From an uncultured Alphaproteobacteria bacterium (GTDB taxonomy: Bacteria > Pseudomonadota > Alphaproteobacteria > Geminicoccales > Geminicoccaceae), in contig CAWALL010000037.1 in the NCBI GenBank assembly GCA_963782885.1, forward strand, positions 4,745 to 68,744: a stretch of 64,000 nt of DNA, given 5' to 3'. Position numbers and translations under genes: made by a program. Positions 35,130-44,796 of the stretch are shown here, in pieces; the first letter of the stretch is position 1; the number at the start of each line of letters is the position of its first letter. Below the pieces are notes generated by a model. It did not search any database. It was given only the letters and a program-made list of their open reading frames with translations, and was not told the DNA's origin.

Positions 35130-36239
35130 TCAGTAGTCCATCTGGATGCTGACCACGCCCGCCCAGGTACCGCCGCTATTCGTGCCGTCGTCGTGCTTGA
35201 AGGGATCTTCGTCGTTGTAGGAGGCGTCGCCCTTGAGGGTCACCCCCGGCATCAGACCGACATCGCCGCTGAGGAAGTAGACGTTCTGCGTGCCGCCCTC
35301 GTCCGGGTTCCAGTTGACGTAGCCGACGCTGGCGCTGGCGATGCCGAATTTGTACTTCAGGCCAGCGTCGAGGAAGGTGCCTTCGTTGAAGGAGAAGTTA
35401 TGGCCGGCCGTCGCACCGAACGAGAGGCCGCCCAGCCCGATCAGGCCGCCCACCTCCGCGTCCTTCTGGTCGTTATTGGTGAAGCCGCCGGGGTCCTGCG
35501 GGTCGGCGATCAGGCCGTTGTTGTGGGTGAAGGCACCGGTCGTGCTCAGGGTCAGGTCGAAGCCGCCGAACGCGCCGACCCAGTTGGCGCCGGCGCCGAA
35601 CCCATAGCCGGCCGTGCCCGAGTTGAAGAATGGCGCGCACCTCGCATTGGTGCTCTGTGCCGAGCAGTTGATGCCGCCGTTGTCGCTCTGGTTCGGGACG
35701 ACGTCGAAGCCCAGCTGGAAACCGCCGACGCGCGGCGTGTAGTAGATGGCCTTGGCGGAGTCGCCGTTCGAGATGTGGTACACCGACGCCAGATTGGTGG
35801 TGTCGCCGTCGAGACCGCCCGTGCCGGACTGCGCGTCCTCGGCACCGACGAACATCACGTCCTCGGCGCCATCCTGGCGGCCGAGCTCGATCCGGCCGAA
35901 GCCACCCGAGAAGAACAGGTTGGCCTCGTCGGCCTCGGTCTGGCTGTGGTCAGCAGTTTCGATACTGTAGAGTTCGATCTCGACGTAGGAGCCGTAGGTG
36001 ACGCCGCTATCGGTGACGCCGGTCGCCTCGATATGGACCTCGGTGTCCATAAACCCGGTATAGCCCGAGTCGGGCACCCCGTTGACGTTCGTCTCGTCGG
36101 TCGCGGCCTTCACCCCGACCTCGGTGTAGCCGCCGAGCGTAACCTTGATCGGGCTTTGGGCCTCGGCCGGGGCCACGCTGGCAAACAGGAGGCCGGCGCC
36201 CACGAGCGCGGTGCTGCCCAACAACAGCCTTTGATTCAT
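35130..36239 (-). CDS. Porin (alphaproteobacterial general porin family)
   Basis: Start at ATG 36239 (MNQRLLLGSTALVGAGLLFASVAPAEA signal peptide). Gly/aromatic-rich beta-strand pattern. C-terminal ...VVSIQMDY. Confidence 0.8.
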   Translation of the reverse strand: MNQRLLLGSTALVGAGLLFASVAPAEAQSPIKVTLGGYTEVGVKAATDETNVNGVPDSGYTGFMDTEVHIEATGVTDSGVTYGSYVEIELYSIETADHSQTEADEANLFFSGGFGRIELGRQDGAEDVMFVGAEDAQSGTGGLDGDTTNLASVYHISNGDSAKAIYYTPRVGGFQLGFDVVPNQSDNGGINCSAQSTNARCAPFFNSGTAGYGFGAGANWVGAFGGFDLTLSTTGAFTHNNGLIADPQDPGGFTNNDQKDAEVGGLIGLGGLSFGATAGHNFSFNEGTFLDAGLKYKFGIASASVGYVNWNPDEGGTQNVYFLSGDVGLMPGVTLKGDASYNDEDPFKHDDGTNSGGTWAGVVSIQMDY

Positions 36240-36475
36240 GATCCCGTTCTCCACTCGCACCCGCAAGGGCGTGTGTTTTCTACTTCAGGGTGAGCGCTTC
36301 GCCCGCTGGACACCTGATAAGGCGAACCCTCAACTCTCTCTGTTAACCACTTGAGCGGCCGGTCATCAACCGCGAATGATGCCCCAGCGCCACAATAACA
36401 CCGCAATGTGGCTGAAAAGCCACGGCCACCTTTCGCAGCCCGCGCGACCTCACGTGACAATGGAGGTCACAGCTC

Positions 36476-37690
36476 TCAGACCGGCTCGATCAGCCGCATC
36501 GCGCGGAGATCGCGCAAGCATTGGCTGAGCGCGGCCGGCGGGCGCTCGGGAAAGGCCGCAGCCAGATCGGCGGCTGAGAATTCGGACCGCTTGAGCACCC
36601 AGCCGACCGGGCCGCTGACCTCCGCCGGCACCTCGGTCGCGGCGCGTGAGCCCTCGGTGACCAGACCGAAGCGCCCACCCTGCTGGACCAGGCGGATGCC
36701 CCGGGCGTAAACCCGATAGCGGTCGTCGGCGCCGGCGTGCAGCAGGTCCGGTAGCGTGTAGCTGTGACGCGGATAGTGAAACATCCGCTGCTGCGCCCTG
36801 ATCTGCCTTGCAGTTTCGGGTTCGGCCAGGACCTTGGCGATACTGTCGGCCAACATCCGGAGATGCGCAGCCAGCTCGCCCTCGGCATCGGGTCGCTCGG
36901 GCCGTGGCAGATTGGCGCGGAACTCCGGCAGATCGACCGCCCGCTCGAACAGCAGGCTCATCACGTCCATGCCGATCGGGTAGGTGACCCCGAACGCGAT
37001 GTGGACCGCGCCGCCTTCATCCGCCAGGGCATCGTGATACTGGCCGCGCGGCAGATAAAGAAGGTCGCCCGGCTCCATGTGGACGTCCATGAGCTTGCGG
37101 CCCTTGGTCTGCTCGAGGTGCTCACGCGACAGACTCTTGAACTTCGCATGGGCGATCGGGTCGGCCAGCCGGCCCTCGTAGACGTGCCAGGTCTTGGTGC
37201 CTTCGACATGCACCGCGTAGACGTCGTGGGTGTCGAAATGCGCCGAGAAACCCTGCCGGCGCCGTGACGACAGATAGAGGTTGCCCTGCACCTTGCCGCC
37301 GAGCGCCTGCTCGATGACCTGCGAGAAGGCGGTCAGGTTCGTGCTGAGATGGTCGATGTCGTTGGCGACCAGGGTGGCGCCGCGCTTGAGAAAGTTCTGG
37401 ACCTGGTCGGGATCGGGCCGCAGCACCTGACCGCCATCGCGACCGACCGCTGAGGCGCAGTAGCGGGGGGGCAAGATGGGTTCCTTGTCGAGCACCAGCT
37501 GGAGCGAGGCCTGCGACCAGATCGTCGCCATGCCGAGCAGCTCGTTGAGCTTGGCCCAGGTCATGACCGCCGCGAACTTGTCGGCCGTGCCCTTCAGGTG
37601 CAGCGGGCGCTGACCTTCGTACTCGGCAAAAAACCGATCGGCGCCGATCGGCGCCATGATCTCGTCGAAGCTGAACGGCGGCGTCAGCAT
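36476..37690 (-). CDS. Cupin-4 / JmjC-domain protein (RoxA/YcfD-like oxygenase fold)
   Basis: About 404 aa. Fe-binding pattern FSAHFDTHDVYAVHVEGTKTW...GDLLYLPRGQYHDA...VHIAFG. Confidence 0.7.
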   Translation of the reverse strand: MLTPPFSFDEIMAPIGADRFFAEYEGQRPLHLKGTADKFAAVMTWAKLNELLGMATIWSQASLQLVLDKEPILPPRYCASAVGRDGGQVLRPDPDQVQNFLKRGATLVANDIDHLSTNLTAFSQVIEQALGGKVQGNLYLSSRRRQGFSAHFDTHDVYAVHVEGTKTWHVYEGRLADPIAHAKFKSLSREHLEQTKGRKLMDVHMEPGDLLYLPRGQYHDALADEGGAVHIAFGVTYPIGMDVMSLLFERAVDLPEFRANLPRPERPDAEGELAAHLRMLADSIAKVLAEPETARQIRAQQRMFHYPRHSYTLPDLLHAGADDRYRVYARGIRLVQQGGRFGLVTEGSRAATEVPAEVSGPVGWVLKRSEFSAADLAAAFPERPPAALSQCLRDLRAMRLIEPV

Positions 37691-37772
37691 GCGGCCGGTC
37701 CCTCCTGCAGGCACGTTGAGCCCGAGCGGCGCGTTGGCTAGGCTGGCCGGAGCACGAGCCCGAGGAGCTTAC

Positions 37773-38483
37773 ATGACCGGCGCCGCCGAGCAAGCCATCG
37801 CCGCACCCGCAGTGGCGGACCATCTGCGCGCGATTCGGGAGCGGATCGCGGCCGCGGCGCGCGCGGTCGGCCGCGCGGACTCAGAGGTGACCCTGGTCGC
37901 GGTCAGCAAAGCGCAGCCCGAGGAGCGGGTGCTGGCGGCGCTCGCCGCCGGGCAGCGGGTGTTCGGCGAGAACTACCTGCAGGAGGCGAAGGCGCGCTGG
38001 CCGGCTCTGCGCGCGCGCCATCCCGACCTGCAGCTGCACATGATCGGGGGGGTCCAGAGCAACAAGGCCAAGGACGTGGTCGCCCTGTTCGACGTGCTCG
38101 AGACGGTCGACCGGCCGAAGCTCGCCCGCGTGCTCGCCGAGGAGATGGCGCGCCAGGGCCGCCGGCCGGTCTGCTTCGTCCAGGTCAACACCGGCGAGGA
38201 GCCGCAGAAGGCCGGCGTCTGGCCGGGCGCCGCCGACGCTTTCATCGCGGAATGCCGGGACGAGCTCGATCTGCCGGTCGAAGGCCTGATGGCGATCCCG
38301 CCCGAGGCCGAGGAGCCGGCGCCGCATTTCGCCCTGCTCGCCAAGATCGCCGCCCGCAATGGCCTCGCCAAGCTCAGCATGGGCATGAGCGCGGACTTCG
38401 AGGTCGCGGTCCAGTTCGGCGCGACCCACGTCCGGGTCGGCAGCGCGGTCTTCGGCGCCCGGCCGCCGCGCCGCCAGACCTGA
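37773..38483 (+). CDS. yggS: YggS-family pyridoxal phosphate homeostasis protein
   Basis: Start at ATG 37773. PLP-lysine context [37 protein letters not shown] motifs. Confidence 0.9.
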   Translation: MTGAAEQAIAAPAVADHLRAIRERIAAAARAVGRADSEVTLVAVSKAQPEERVLAALAAGQRVFGENYLQEAKARWPALRARHPDLQLHMIGGVQSNKAKDVVALFDVLETVDRPKLARVLAEEMARQGRRPVCFVQVNTGEEPQKAGVWPGAADAFIAECRDELDLPVEGLMAIPPEAEEPAPHFALLAKIAARNGLAKLSMGMSADFEVAVQFGATHVRVGSAVFGARPPRRQT

Positions 38484-38512
38484 CCCGGCACGAGGCGCAC
38501 CCAGCCGGGCGA

Positions 38513-38722
38513 TCAGTCGACCGCGAGCATCACGTTCGAGGCCTTGATCACGGCGTAGGCCTGCTGACCGGCCCGCAGCCCGAGTTCGTCGACCGCCTGG
38601 TTGGTGATCGAGGCGGTGATCACCTTGCCCTCGCCGACGTCGAGCCTGACGTGCGCCGTGGTCTGCCCCTTCTCGACCTCGACGACCTTACCCTTGAGCA
38701 CGTTGCGTGCGCTGAGCTTCAT
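38513..38722 (-). CDS. mop: Molybdopterin/molybdate-binding TOBE-domain protein (Mop)
   Basis: 69 aa: [58 protein letters not shown] 6 nt upstream. Confidence 0.85.
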   Translation of the reverse strand: MKLSARNVLKGKVVEVEKGQTTAHVRLDVGEGKVITASITNQAVDELGLRAGQQAYAVIKASNVMLAVD

Positions 38723-39917
38723 GAGCTGTCCTCCAGTTTGCGCCAAGGCGATCTCGCTGCCTGGCCGCCGCCGCCAGCGGTGAAACGTTGCCCGGAGCCG
38801 GCGCCAGCCGGCCCTCGGGGATCAGGGCAATGCTCTTGACCTGAGCGTGGACCAGGTCGCCCGGCCGCAGCTCCAGGGTCACCCAGGACTTGCGCGTGAC
38901 CCGGGCGAGCAGCGCCGCCCCCCGGCCGGCTGCACCGAGCCGGACCACGACGTTCATCTGCGCCCCGTCCTGGGCCGCGACATCGGCGATCCGCGCGGGC
39001 AGAACGTTGAGGATGGTGCTGGCCGTGGCCGGCTCGCGGGCGAGGCTCACGTCCGAGGCTTGCACGCGCAGGCGCCGCACCGCTGCGGGCGCGCCGTAGC
39101 CGCCGGGCACGACGACCATGCCGCCGTCGACCGCGAGCGTGGTCAGGCCGTATTCCGGGTCGTAGGCCGTGACCGTCGCGTTGAGCGCGACCGACGCCTC
39201 CGGCAAACGCGCGATCGGCAGCGCCGGATCGGCCTGCAGGTCCTGGAGCGGCCCCGATGCGACCGACCGGCCGGCCTCCAGCATCACCAGGTGATCGGCC
39301 AGGCGCTCGACCTCGGCGATGTCGTGGCTGACGTAGAGGATCGGGATCGAAAGCGCGGCATGCAGCGCCTCGAGATACGGCAGGATCTCGTCCTTGCTGA
39401 CGCGGTCGAGCCCGGCGAGCGGCTCGTCCATCAAGAGGAGCCTCGGCTGGGAGAGCAGGGCGCGGCCGATCGCGACCCGCTGGCGCTCACCGCCCGAGAG
39501 GCGAAGCGGCGCCCGCTCGAGCAGCGGCTCGATCCCGAGCAGCACCACGACCTCGTCGAACCGCGTCGCCTCCGTCGTGCCGCTTCGCAACGCCCGCCGA
39601 TGGCCATAGAGGAGATTGCGCCGGACCGAGAGATGCGCGAACAGGCTCGCCTCCTGGAAGACGTAGCCAACCGCCCGCCCCCACGGCGGCCGGAAGGCGC
39701 TGCCCGCCTGCCAGATCTCGCCGCCGATCGACAGACAGCCGTCGGCCAGCCTCTGCAGCCCGGCGACACAGCGCAGCACCGTGGTCTTGCCGCTGCCGGA
39801 TGGCCCGAACAGAGCGGTTACGCCCTGCATCGGCGCCTCGAACGCGACATCGAGCGCGAAGGCGCCGAGCGTGCCGCGAAAGCGTGCGGTGATCGCAGCC
39901 CCGTCGCCGCTGGTCAT
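38688..39917 (-). CDS. modC: Molybdate ABC transporter ATP-binding protein ModC
   Basis: Walker [10 protein letters not shown], signature LSGGERQRV, Walker B LLLMDEPL, and a C-terminal TOBE domain. An unusual ~40-aa tail overlaps the mop start. Confidence 0.9.
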   Translation of the reverse strand: MTSGDGAAITARFRGTLGAFALDVAFEAPMQGVTALFGPSGSGKTTVLRCVAGLQRLADGCLSIGGEIWQAGSAFRPPWGRAVGYVFQEASLFAHLSVRRNLLYGHRRALRSGTTEATRFDEVVVLLGIEPLLERAPLRLSGGERQRVAIGRALLSQPRLLLMDEPLAGLDRVSKDEILPYLEALHAALSIPILYVSHDIAEVERLADHLVMLEAGRSVASGPLQDLQADPALPIARLPEASVALNATVTAYDPEYGLTTLAVDGGMVVVPGGYGAPAAVRRLRVQASDVSLAREPATASTILNVLPARIADVAAQDGAQMNVVVRLGAAGRGAALLARVTRKSWVTLELRPGDLVHAQVKSIALIPEGRLAPAPGNVSPLAAAARQRDRLGANWRTAHEAQRTQRAQG

Positions 39918-40597
39918 GCCTGCAGCCGGCCGACGCGCTTCTCGAGCAGCGTCATCGTCAGGATGATGGCGAACGAGAAGACCAGCATGCCACCCGCCAG
40001 CAGGCTGGCTTCGGCCCAGCGCAGGGTCTCGACGTAGTCGTAAATCGCGACCGAAAGGACCTTAGTCTCGCCGGGGATGTTGCCGCCGATCATCAGCACG
40101 ACGCCGAACTCGCCGACCGTGTGGGCGAAGCCCAGGACCGCACCGGTCAAAAAGCCCGGGCGCGCGAGCGGCACGGCGACCGTCCAGAAGGCGTCCCGGG
40201 GCGAGGCGCGGAGCGTCGCCGCGACCTCGAGCGGGCGGTCGCCGAAGGCCTCGAAAGCGTTCCGGATCGGCTGCACGACGAACGGCATCGAGTAAATCAC
40301 CGAGCCGATCACCAGGCCCTCGAAGGTGAAGGCGAGCGAGCGGGCGCCGAACAGCGAGGCGATCCAGCCGCCAGGGCCGTTCGGCCCGAGCGCCAGGAGC
40401 AGGTAGAAGCCGAGCACGGTCGGCGGCAGCACGAGCGGCAGGGCGACCACGGTCGCCACCGCCTCCTTCCAGCGCGCCCGCGAGCGCGCGAGCCACCAGG
40501 CGATCGGCGTGCCGACGACCAGCAGCACGATGGTTGTGATGCTGGCGAGCTCGATGGTCAGGCGGACCGGCTGCCAGACGTCCTCGGCGTCGAGCAT
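39914..40597 (-). CDS. modB: Molybdate ABC transporter permease ModB
   Basis: Start at internal ATG 40597 ([14 protein letters not shown]...). 227 aa. [15 protein letters not shown] and EAA-type loop [20 protein letters not shown]. Confidence 0.9.
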   Translation of the reverse strand: MLDAEDVWQPVRLTIELASITTIVLLVVGTPIAWWLARSRARWKEAVATVVALPLVLPPTVLGFYLLLALGPNGPGGWIASLFGARSLAFTFEGLVIGSVIYSMPFVVQPIRNAFEAFGDRPLEVAATLRASPRDAFWTVAVPLARPGFLTGAVLGFAHTVGEFGVVLMIGGNIPGETKVLSVAIYDYVETLRWAEASLLAGGMLVFSFAIILTMTLLEKRVGRLQA

Positions 40598-40605
40598 GGC
40601 GCCGC

Positions 40606-41361
40606 TCAGCTGACGCCGGTGCCGTAGCCGTAGCGCTGCATGATGCGGGCGGCCTCCGGGCCTTTCAGGAAAGCGACGAACGCCTTCGCCGTGTCGCTGT
40701 CGGCCCCGTTGACGAGCAGCACCGCGTCCTGGCGGATCGTGTCGTAGAGGTCGCCTGGCACGATCCAGCGCGAGCCTTCGGCCCTGTTGGCGACCTGGGA
40801 GAGCGCGACGAAGCCGAGCTCGGCGTTGCCGGTCTCGACGAATTGGTAGGTCTGGGCGATGTTGTTGCCCTGCACGATCTTGGGCTCGAGTTGCTCGTAG
40901 ACCTTGAGCGCCCGCATCGCCTGGACCGCGGCGGTACCGTAGGGCGCCACGGCCGGGTTGGCGATCGCGATTCTGTCGAACTTGCCGTTCTTCAGGGTCG
41001 CAGCACCCTGCACGAGCTTCGGGTCCTGGCTCCAGAGCACGATCTTGCCGGTAGCGTAGGTGAAAGCGCTGTCTGGGACCGCGAGCCCGGCCGCGATCGC
41101 CTTCTTCGGCCGCTCGTCGTCGGCGGCGAGAAACACCTCGAAGGGCGCGCCCTGGCTGATCTGGGTGTAGAGCTGGCCGGTCGAGCCGAAGCTCAGGACG
41201 GCCTCGTCGCCGGTCTTCGCCTTGAAGGCCTGGGCGATCTCCTTGGCCGCGTCGGTGAAGTTGGCCGCGACCGCGACGTTGGTCTGCCCGGCCTGCGCCG
41301 GCAGGACCGCCCCGAGCGCCAGCGTGCCGGCCAAGATATGAAGGAGAAGCCTGGACGGCAC
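40606..41361 (-). CDS. modA: Molybdate ABC transporter substrate-binding protein ModA
   Basis: GTG start with AAGGGAGGA RBS and a signal peptide. AANFTDA...[11 protein letters not shown]...ANPAVAPYG motifs. Confidence 0.9.
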   Translation of the reverse strand: MPSRLLLHILAGTLALGAVLPAQAGQTNVAVAANFTDAAKEIAQAFKAKTGDEAVLSFGSTGQLYTQISQGAPFEVFLAADDERPKKAIAAGLAVPDSAFTYATGKIVLWSQDPKLVQGAATLKNGKFDRIAIANPAVAPYGTAAVQAMRALKVYEQLEPKIVQGNNIAQTYQFVETGNAELGFVALSQVANRAEGSRWIVPGDLYDTIRQDAVLLVNGADSDTAKAFVAFLKGPEAARIMQRYGYGTGVS

Positions 41362-41405
41362 TGGGTTTCCTCCCTTGATCGTCGGCAGTGGCGCGCGAGG
41401 GCCAT

Positions 41406-41490
41406 CTCGAGGCCGATGCCCGCCCGCTCGCCGCGGTCCCGTGCACGGCCCGCGATGCCTGCTCGGCTGAGAACTCCGATCGGCCTCGAG
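41406..41490 (-). promoter_or_regulatory. Structured modA leader closed by a 12-bp perfect inverted repeat
   Basis: ctcgaggccgat (41406-41417) pairs with atcggcctcgag (41479-41490), enclosing 61 nt of GC-rich sequence. Lies between the Mo-box and the modA RBS. Confidence 0.4.
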
Positions 41491-41498
41491 GTGGCCTT

Positions 41499-41522
41499 CG
41501 TGATATACATTTAAATATAGCG
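41499..41522. promoter_or_regulatory. ModE-type Mo-box operator
   Basis: The minus strand reads CGCTATAT-TTAAATG-TATATCACG (TATAT-N7-TATAT with flanking CG). This matches the E. coli-type ModE operator pattern. It sits in the only AT-rich patch upstream of modABC. Confidence 0.6.
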
Positions 41523-41528
41523 TGCGCG

Positions 41529-42544
41529 CTAGAGGCTTTCGGCCGGGGTCGCGCTCGCAGGCTCGAAGCCGAGGCCGCGCAAGGCTGCGCGGCCGGTCTC
41601 GCTGGTCAGCAGCGCGCGCAGGCGTTGGACCGGCGGCCGATCGCGACGCGCCCGCGGGACGACCAGATCGTAGTGCTCCATGACCAGCGGCAGGAAGCCC
41701 AGGTCATAGAGCTCGGCGACCGTGCCGATCGCGACGCCCCAGTCGGCGCGCCCCTGAGCGACCGCGGCGGCGACAGCGTTGTGCGATCTCGGCTGGGCGA
41801 AATAACCGGCCGGCCGGGCGCCCGCGAGCAGGCGGTCGATCAGGATCCGGGTTCCGCTGCCGGCGTTGCGGTTGACCATGACGCAGCCTGCGTCGGCGGT
41901 CGCCCGGGCCAGCGAAGCCGCGGCGTCGGCTTCGGGAAAGCGCGGGTCGCCCTTGCGAAAGACGATGCCCTGCATGCGTCGCCAGCCAGGCACGAGCTCG
42001 AGCGCGTGGGGGGCCGTCTGACCACGGACACGCGGCGCACGCCGGCGGCGCTCAAGAGGCCGATCGTCGCGGGCCGCAGGGGCGGGCGTCGCTGCTCGAC
42101 CGGCCAGAGCGGCTCGCCGGCGCGCAGCTCGCTTCCCGCCAGCATGACGTCATCACCCTCTATGACCGGAGTCAGAACCCCGATCCGGGCATCGCCTTCC
42201 GGCTCCACAGCATCGTCCGGCAGGACCGCATCGGTCCCGGGCGGCAAGGGCCGTCCCGCCTCGACGCGGACCACCGTGCCAGCCGGCAACGGCCGACCGC
42301 GCGGCTCTGCGACCTGGCAGACAAGCGGATTGTAGGGCCCAGCGCCGATCGTATCCTCGGCACGTACGGCGTAGCCGTCCGCGAGCGCGCAAGCGGTCCC
42401 CGGCAGGTCGGCCCGGGCCAAAGGCGCGCTCGCGGGCACCCGGCCGGCGGCCGCCGCGAGCTCCACCTCCTCGGCCTCAAGCTGCGGCGCGTTCAGGTCG
42501 ATCCAGCGCCAGGCTGCCTCGAGGGCGACGGGATCAGCCATCAT
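41529..42544 (-). pseudogene. MoeA / PBP-domain (COG1910-like) fusion gene with large internal deletion
   Basis: MoeA N-terminal domains (ADGYAVRAED...AGTVVRVEAGRPLPPGTDAVLP...LRPATIGLLSAAGVRRVSVVRRP) stop near 42010. A different frame then resumes with only the C-terminal half of a molybdate-binding PBP domain (HALELVPGWRRMQGIVFRKGDP...VNRNAGSGTRILID...SHNAVAAAVAQGRADWGVAI). The MoCF-binding domain is missing. Confidence 0.65.
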
Positions 42545-42726
42545 GGCGTGTTCCGGGCCGATCTGAGGGGCGCTGCTCCGGCCGCGCTGATCGTGCACGT
42601 TGCCGGCGTCGAGGTAGCGGCGGGCCGGTGTCCATGCCACATTACGTGGCATCGGGGCCAAATGCGCGCAACCGACAAGGCGGCTTCCAGCCCGCAGGTC
42701 CGGTCACCTTAGGAGGAGGCAGCGCG

Positions 42727-43416
42727 ATGCCGGTCCGCCTGCTCGCGGGTTCCAGCGGCTTCGCCTACAAGCCCTGGAAGGGGCCGTTCTATCCGGCCGA
42801 CCTGCCGGATGCCGAGATGCTCGCCTTCTATGCCGCGCGCCTGCCGACGGTCGAGATCAACAATACCTTCTATCGCCTGCCCAAGGCCGACGTGCTGGCG
42901 GGATGGGCCGAGCAGACGCCGGCGGGCTTCCGTTTCGTCCTCAAGGCCTCGCGCCGGATCACCCACATCCAGCGCCTGAAAGAGGTCGGCGAGCTGGTCG
43001 ATTATCTGTTCCGGACCGCCGCCACCCTCGGCGACCGGCTCGGGCCGCTTCTGTTCCAGCTGCCGCCGCACATGAAGAAGGACCTCAACCGGCTGCGCGT
43101 TTTTCTCGAACTCGTACCGCCGGGGAGGCGAGTGGCGCTCGAATTCCGCCACGCCAGCTGGTTCGAGGATGATGTCTTTGAGCTCCTACGCGCCCACGGC
43201 GCGGCGCTCTGTTTCGCCGAGACCGGCAGCGGGGACGAGGAGGGCAAGAGCCTCGCCGTGCCGCTGGTCGCGACCGCAGCCTGGGGCTATCTGCGCCTTC
43301 GACGCGAGGACTACAGCGATGCCGACCTCGAGAGCTGGGCCGCGCGGATCAATGCTCAGCCCTGGTCCGAGGCCTTTGTCTTCTTCAAGCACGAGGACAC
43401 GGCCGCGGCGCCTTAG
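42727..43416 (+). CDS. DUF72 (UPF0759) family protein
   Basis: Start at ATG 42727. GSSGFAYKPWKGPFYP...VEINNTFYRLP...FRFVLKASRRITH...LLFQLPP family pattern. Confidence 0.85.
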   Translation: MPVRLLAGSSGFAYKPWKGPFYPADLPDAEMLAFYAARLPTVEINNTFYRLPKADVLAGWAEQTPAGFRFVLKASRRITHIQRLKEVGELVDYLFRTAATLGDRLGPLLFQLPPHMKKDLNRLRVFLELVPPGRRVALEFRHASWFEDDVFELLRAHGAALCFAETGSGDEEGKSLAVPLVATAAWGYLRLRREDYSDADLESWAARINAQPWSEAFVFFKHEDTAAAP

Positions 43417-43861
43417 ACCGCCCAGAGTTTGATCGAGTTCGCCGGGCATACTACGGGCCAGAGGCCTCAGAGCGATGGTTAATGGGCCTCGAGATCAGGG
43501 CATGGCGCCGGAATTCACGCAGCACTAGATCGAGAGCAGGCCCTCGACTACCAAAGCGCGGGCCTGCTCGGTCCCAAGCTGTACGGGGCGGGGGCGCCTG
43601 CCCAGATAGCGAGCAATCGAAGTATGAATAAGTGGGTCGTGGATCGCCTGATCCGAGATCGCCGGTGCGGAGGCTCCTTGCCCGCAACGGGAAAACGCGA
43701 CATGTCGTCTGGGTGCTCTTGAGCCATGACTCACTTGATAGTAGACCCGATGGGGTGGAGTGCGCTACCTTTAGTGGAGCACTGTCGCCATCCCGCTCGA
43801 TGAGGCATTCTCTGCCAAGGCCTGCGGCGATTGCGGTTGACCACCCCGAGGGCCCTTGAAA

Positions 43862-44668
43862 ATGACACGCCACCTTCTCCCGACACGCCTCCTGCCGCTC
43901 ATCCTTTTGTTTTTATCGACGACCGGGTGCACAAATCCGTATACAGAATTCTATACAGATCTGTCGGGTGGCGTCGATGTAAAGAGCGTCCCGTTTGTTG
44001 AACCACCTAATGGCGAACCCGAGCTAGTTTCTGGTACGAATAACGATGATGAATTCAACCGGCTTATATCAAACGGGTGGGTGGCAATTGGTTATTCTAG
44101 CTTTAACGCCGGCCATGTTGATCCATCAATGGCACGGACGCATGCGAAACAGATAGGCGCACAGATGGTGGTCATTTCTGGTTCTTATCAAGGGACAACT
44201 TCGGGAATTGTGCCGCTTATGCTACCAAACGCGACGACAACATACAACAGTGGGACAGTCAGCGGCTATGGCGGATCAGCTATGTATAGCGGAACAAGCA
44301 CAACTTATGGAAACGCTACTTCCTATATTCCGTATTCAGTGGATCGCTATCAGTATACGGCAACATATTGGGTTAAAAGAAAAGCTGGAGGGTGGGGAAT
44401 CTTCTGCAAGGATTTGACGACAGACCAGCGCCGAGAGTTAGGCACAAACAAGGGGGCGTCGGTTGCGAACGTAGCCAACAACGGATCAGCGTACGATGCT
44501 GACATCCTTCCAGGTGATGTAATTCTCATGATAAATGGCAACGAGTTACGAGGTTGCATGGATTACCAATCAATTTCATCCTCTTTGATAGGAAAACATG
44601 TAGACGTAATCTTGGTGCGAGATGGCGAGCGAATGAAAATTGACTTTTTGGTGCGTCCGTACGCCTAG
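43862..44668 (+). CDS. Lipoprotein with C-terminal PDZ domain, encoded in a low-GC islet
   Basis: ATG 43862 and lipobox LFLSTTGC. Ser/Thr/Gly/Tyr-rich middle region. C-terminal PDZ-like GASVANVANNGSAYDADILPGDVILMINGNEL...VDVILVRDGE. A/T-ending codons contrast sharply with all neighbouring genes. Confidence 0.7.
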   Translation: MTRHLLPTRLLPLILLFLSTTGCTNPYTEFYTDLSGGVDVKSVPFVEPPNGEPELVSGTNNDDEFNRLISNGWVAIGYSSFNAGHVDPSMARTHAKQIGAQMVVISGSYQGTTSGIVPLMLPNATTTYNSGTVSGYGGSAMYSGTSTTYGNATSYIPYSVDRYQYTATYWVKRKAGGWGIFCKDLTTDQRRELGTNKGASVANVANNGSAYDADILPGDVILMINGNELRGCMDYQSISSSLIGKHVDVILVRDGERMKIDFLVRPYA

Positions 44669-44796
44669 AACTTAGACGTGCATTCGCGCCAGCAAATGAG
44701 TTGTGCCGCGGAGAGCTCCTCTTTGCGCCAAGCGGTCTCTGGCGCGGGCCGCGCCGTTGACTGCCGGTCGTCTGAGGGCGCTGGTCGCGACCTGAC

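Noticed and set aside
41362-41498. Calling the modA leader a Moco riboswitch
   Set aside because: The closing helix and some GC-rich segments are suggestive, but I cannot match the conserved Moco core from memory with confidence. It is reported only as a structured leader to be tested.
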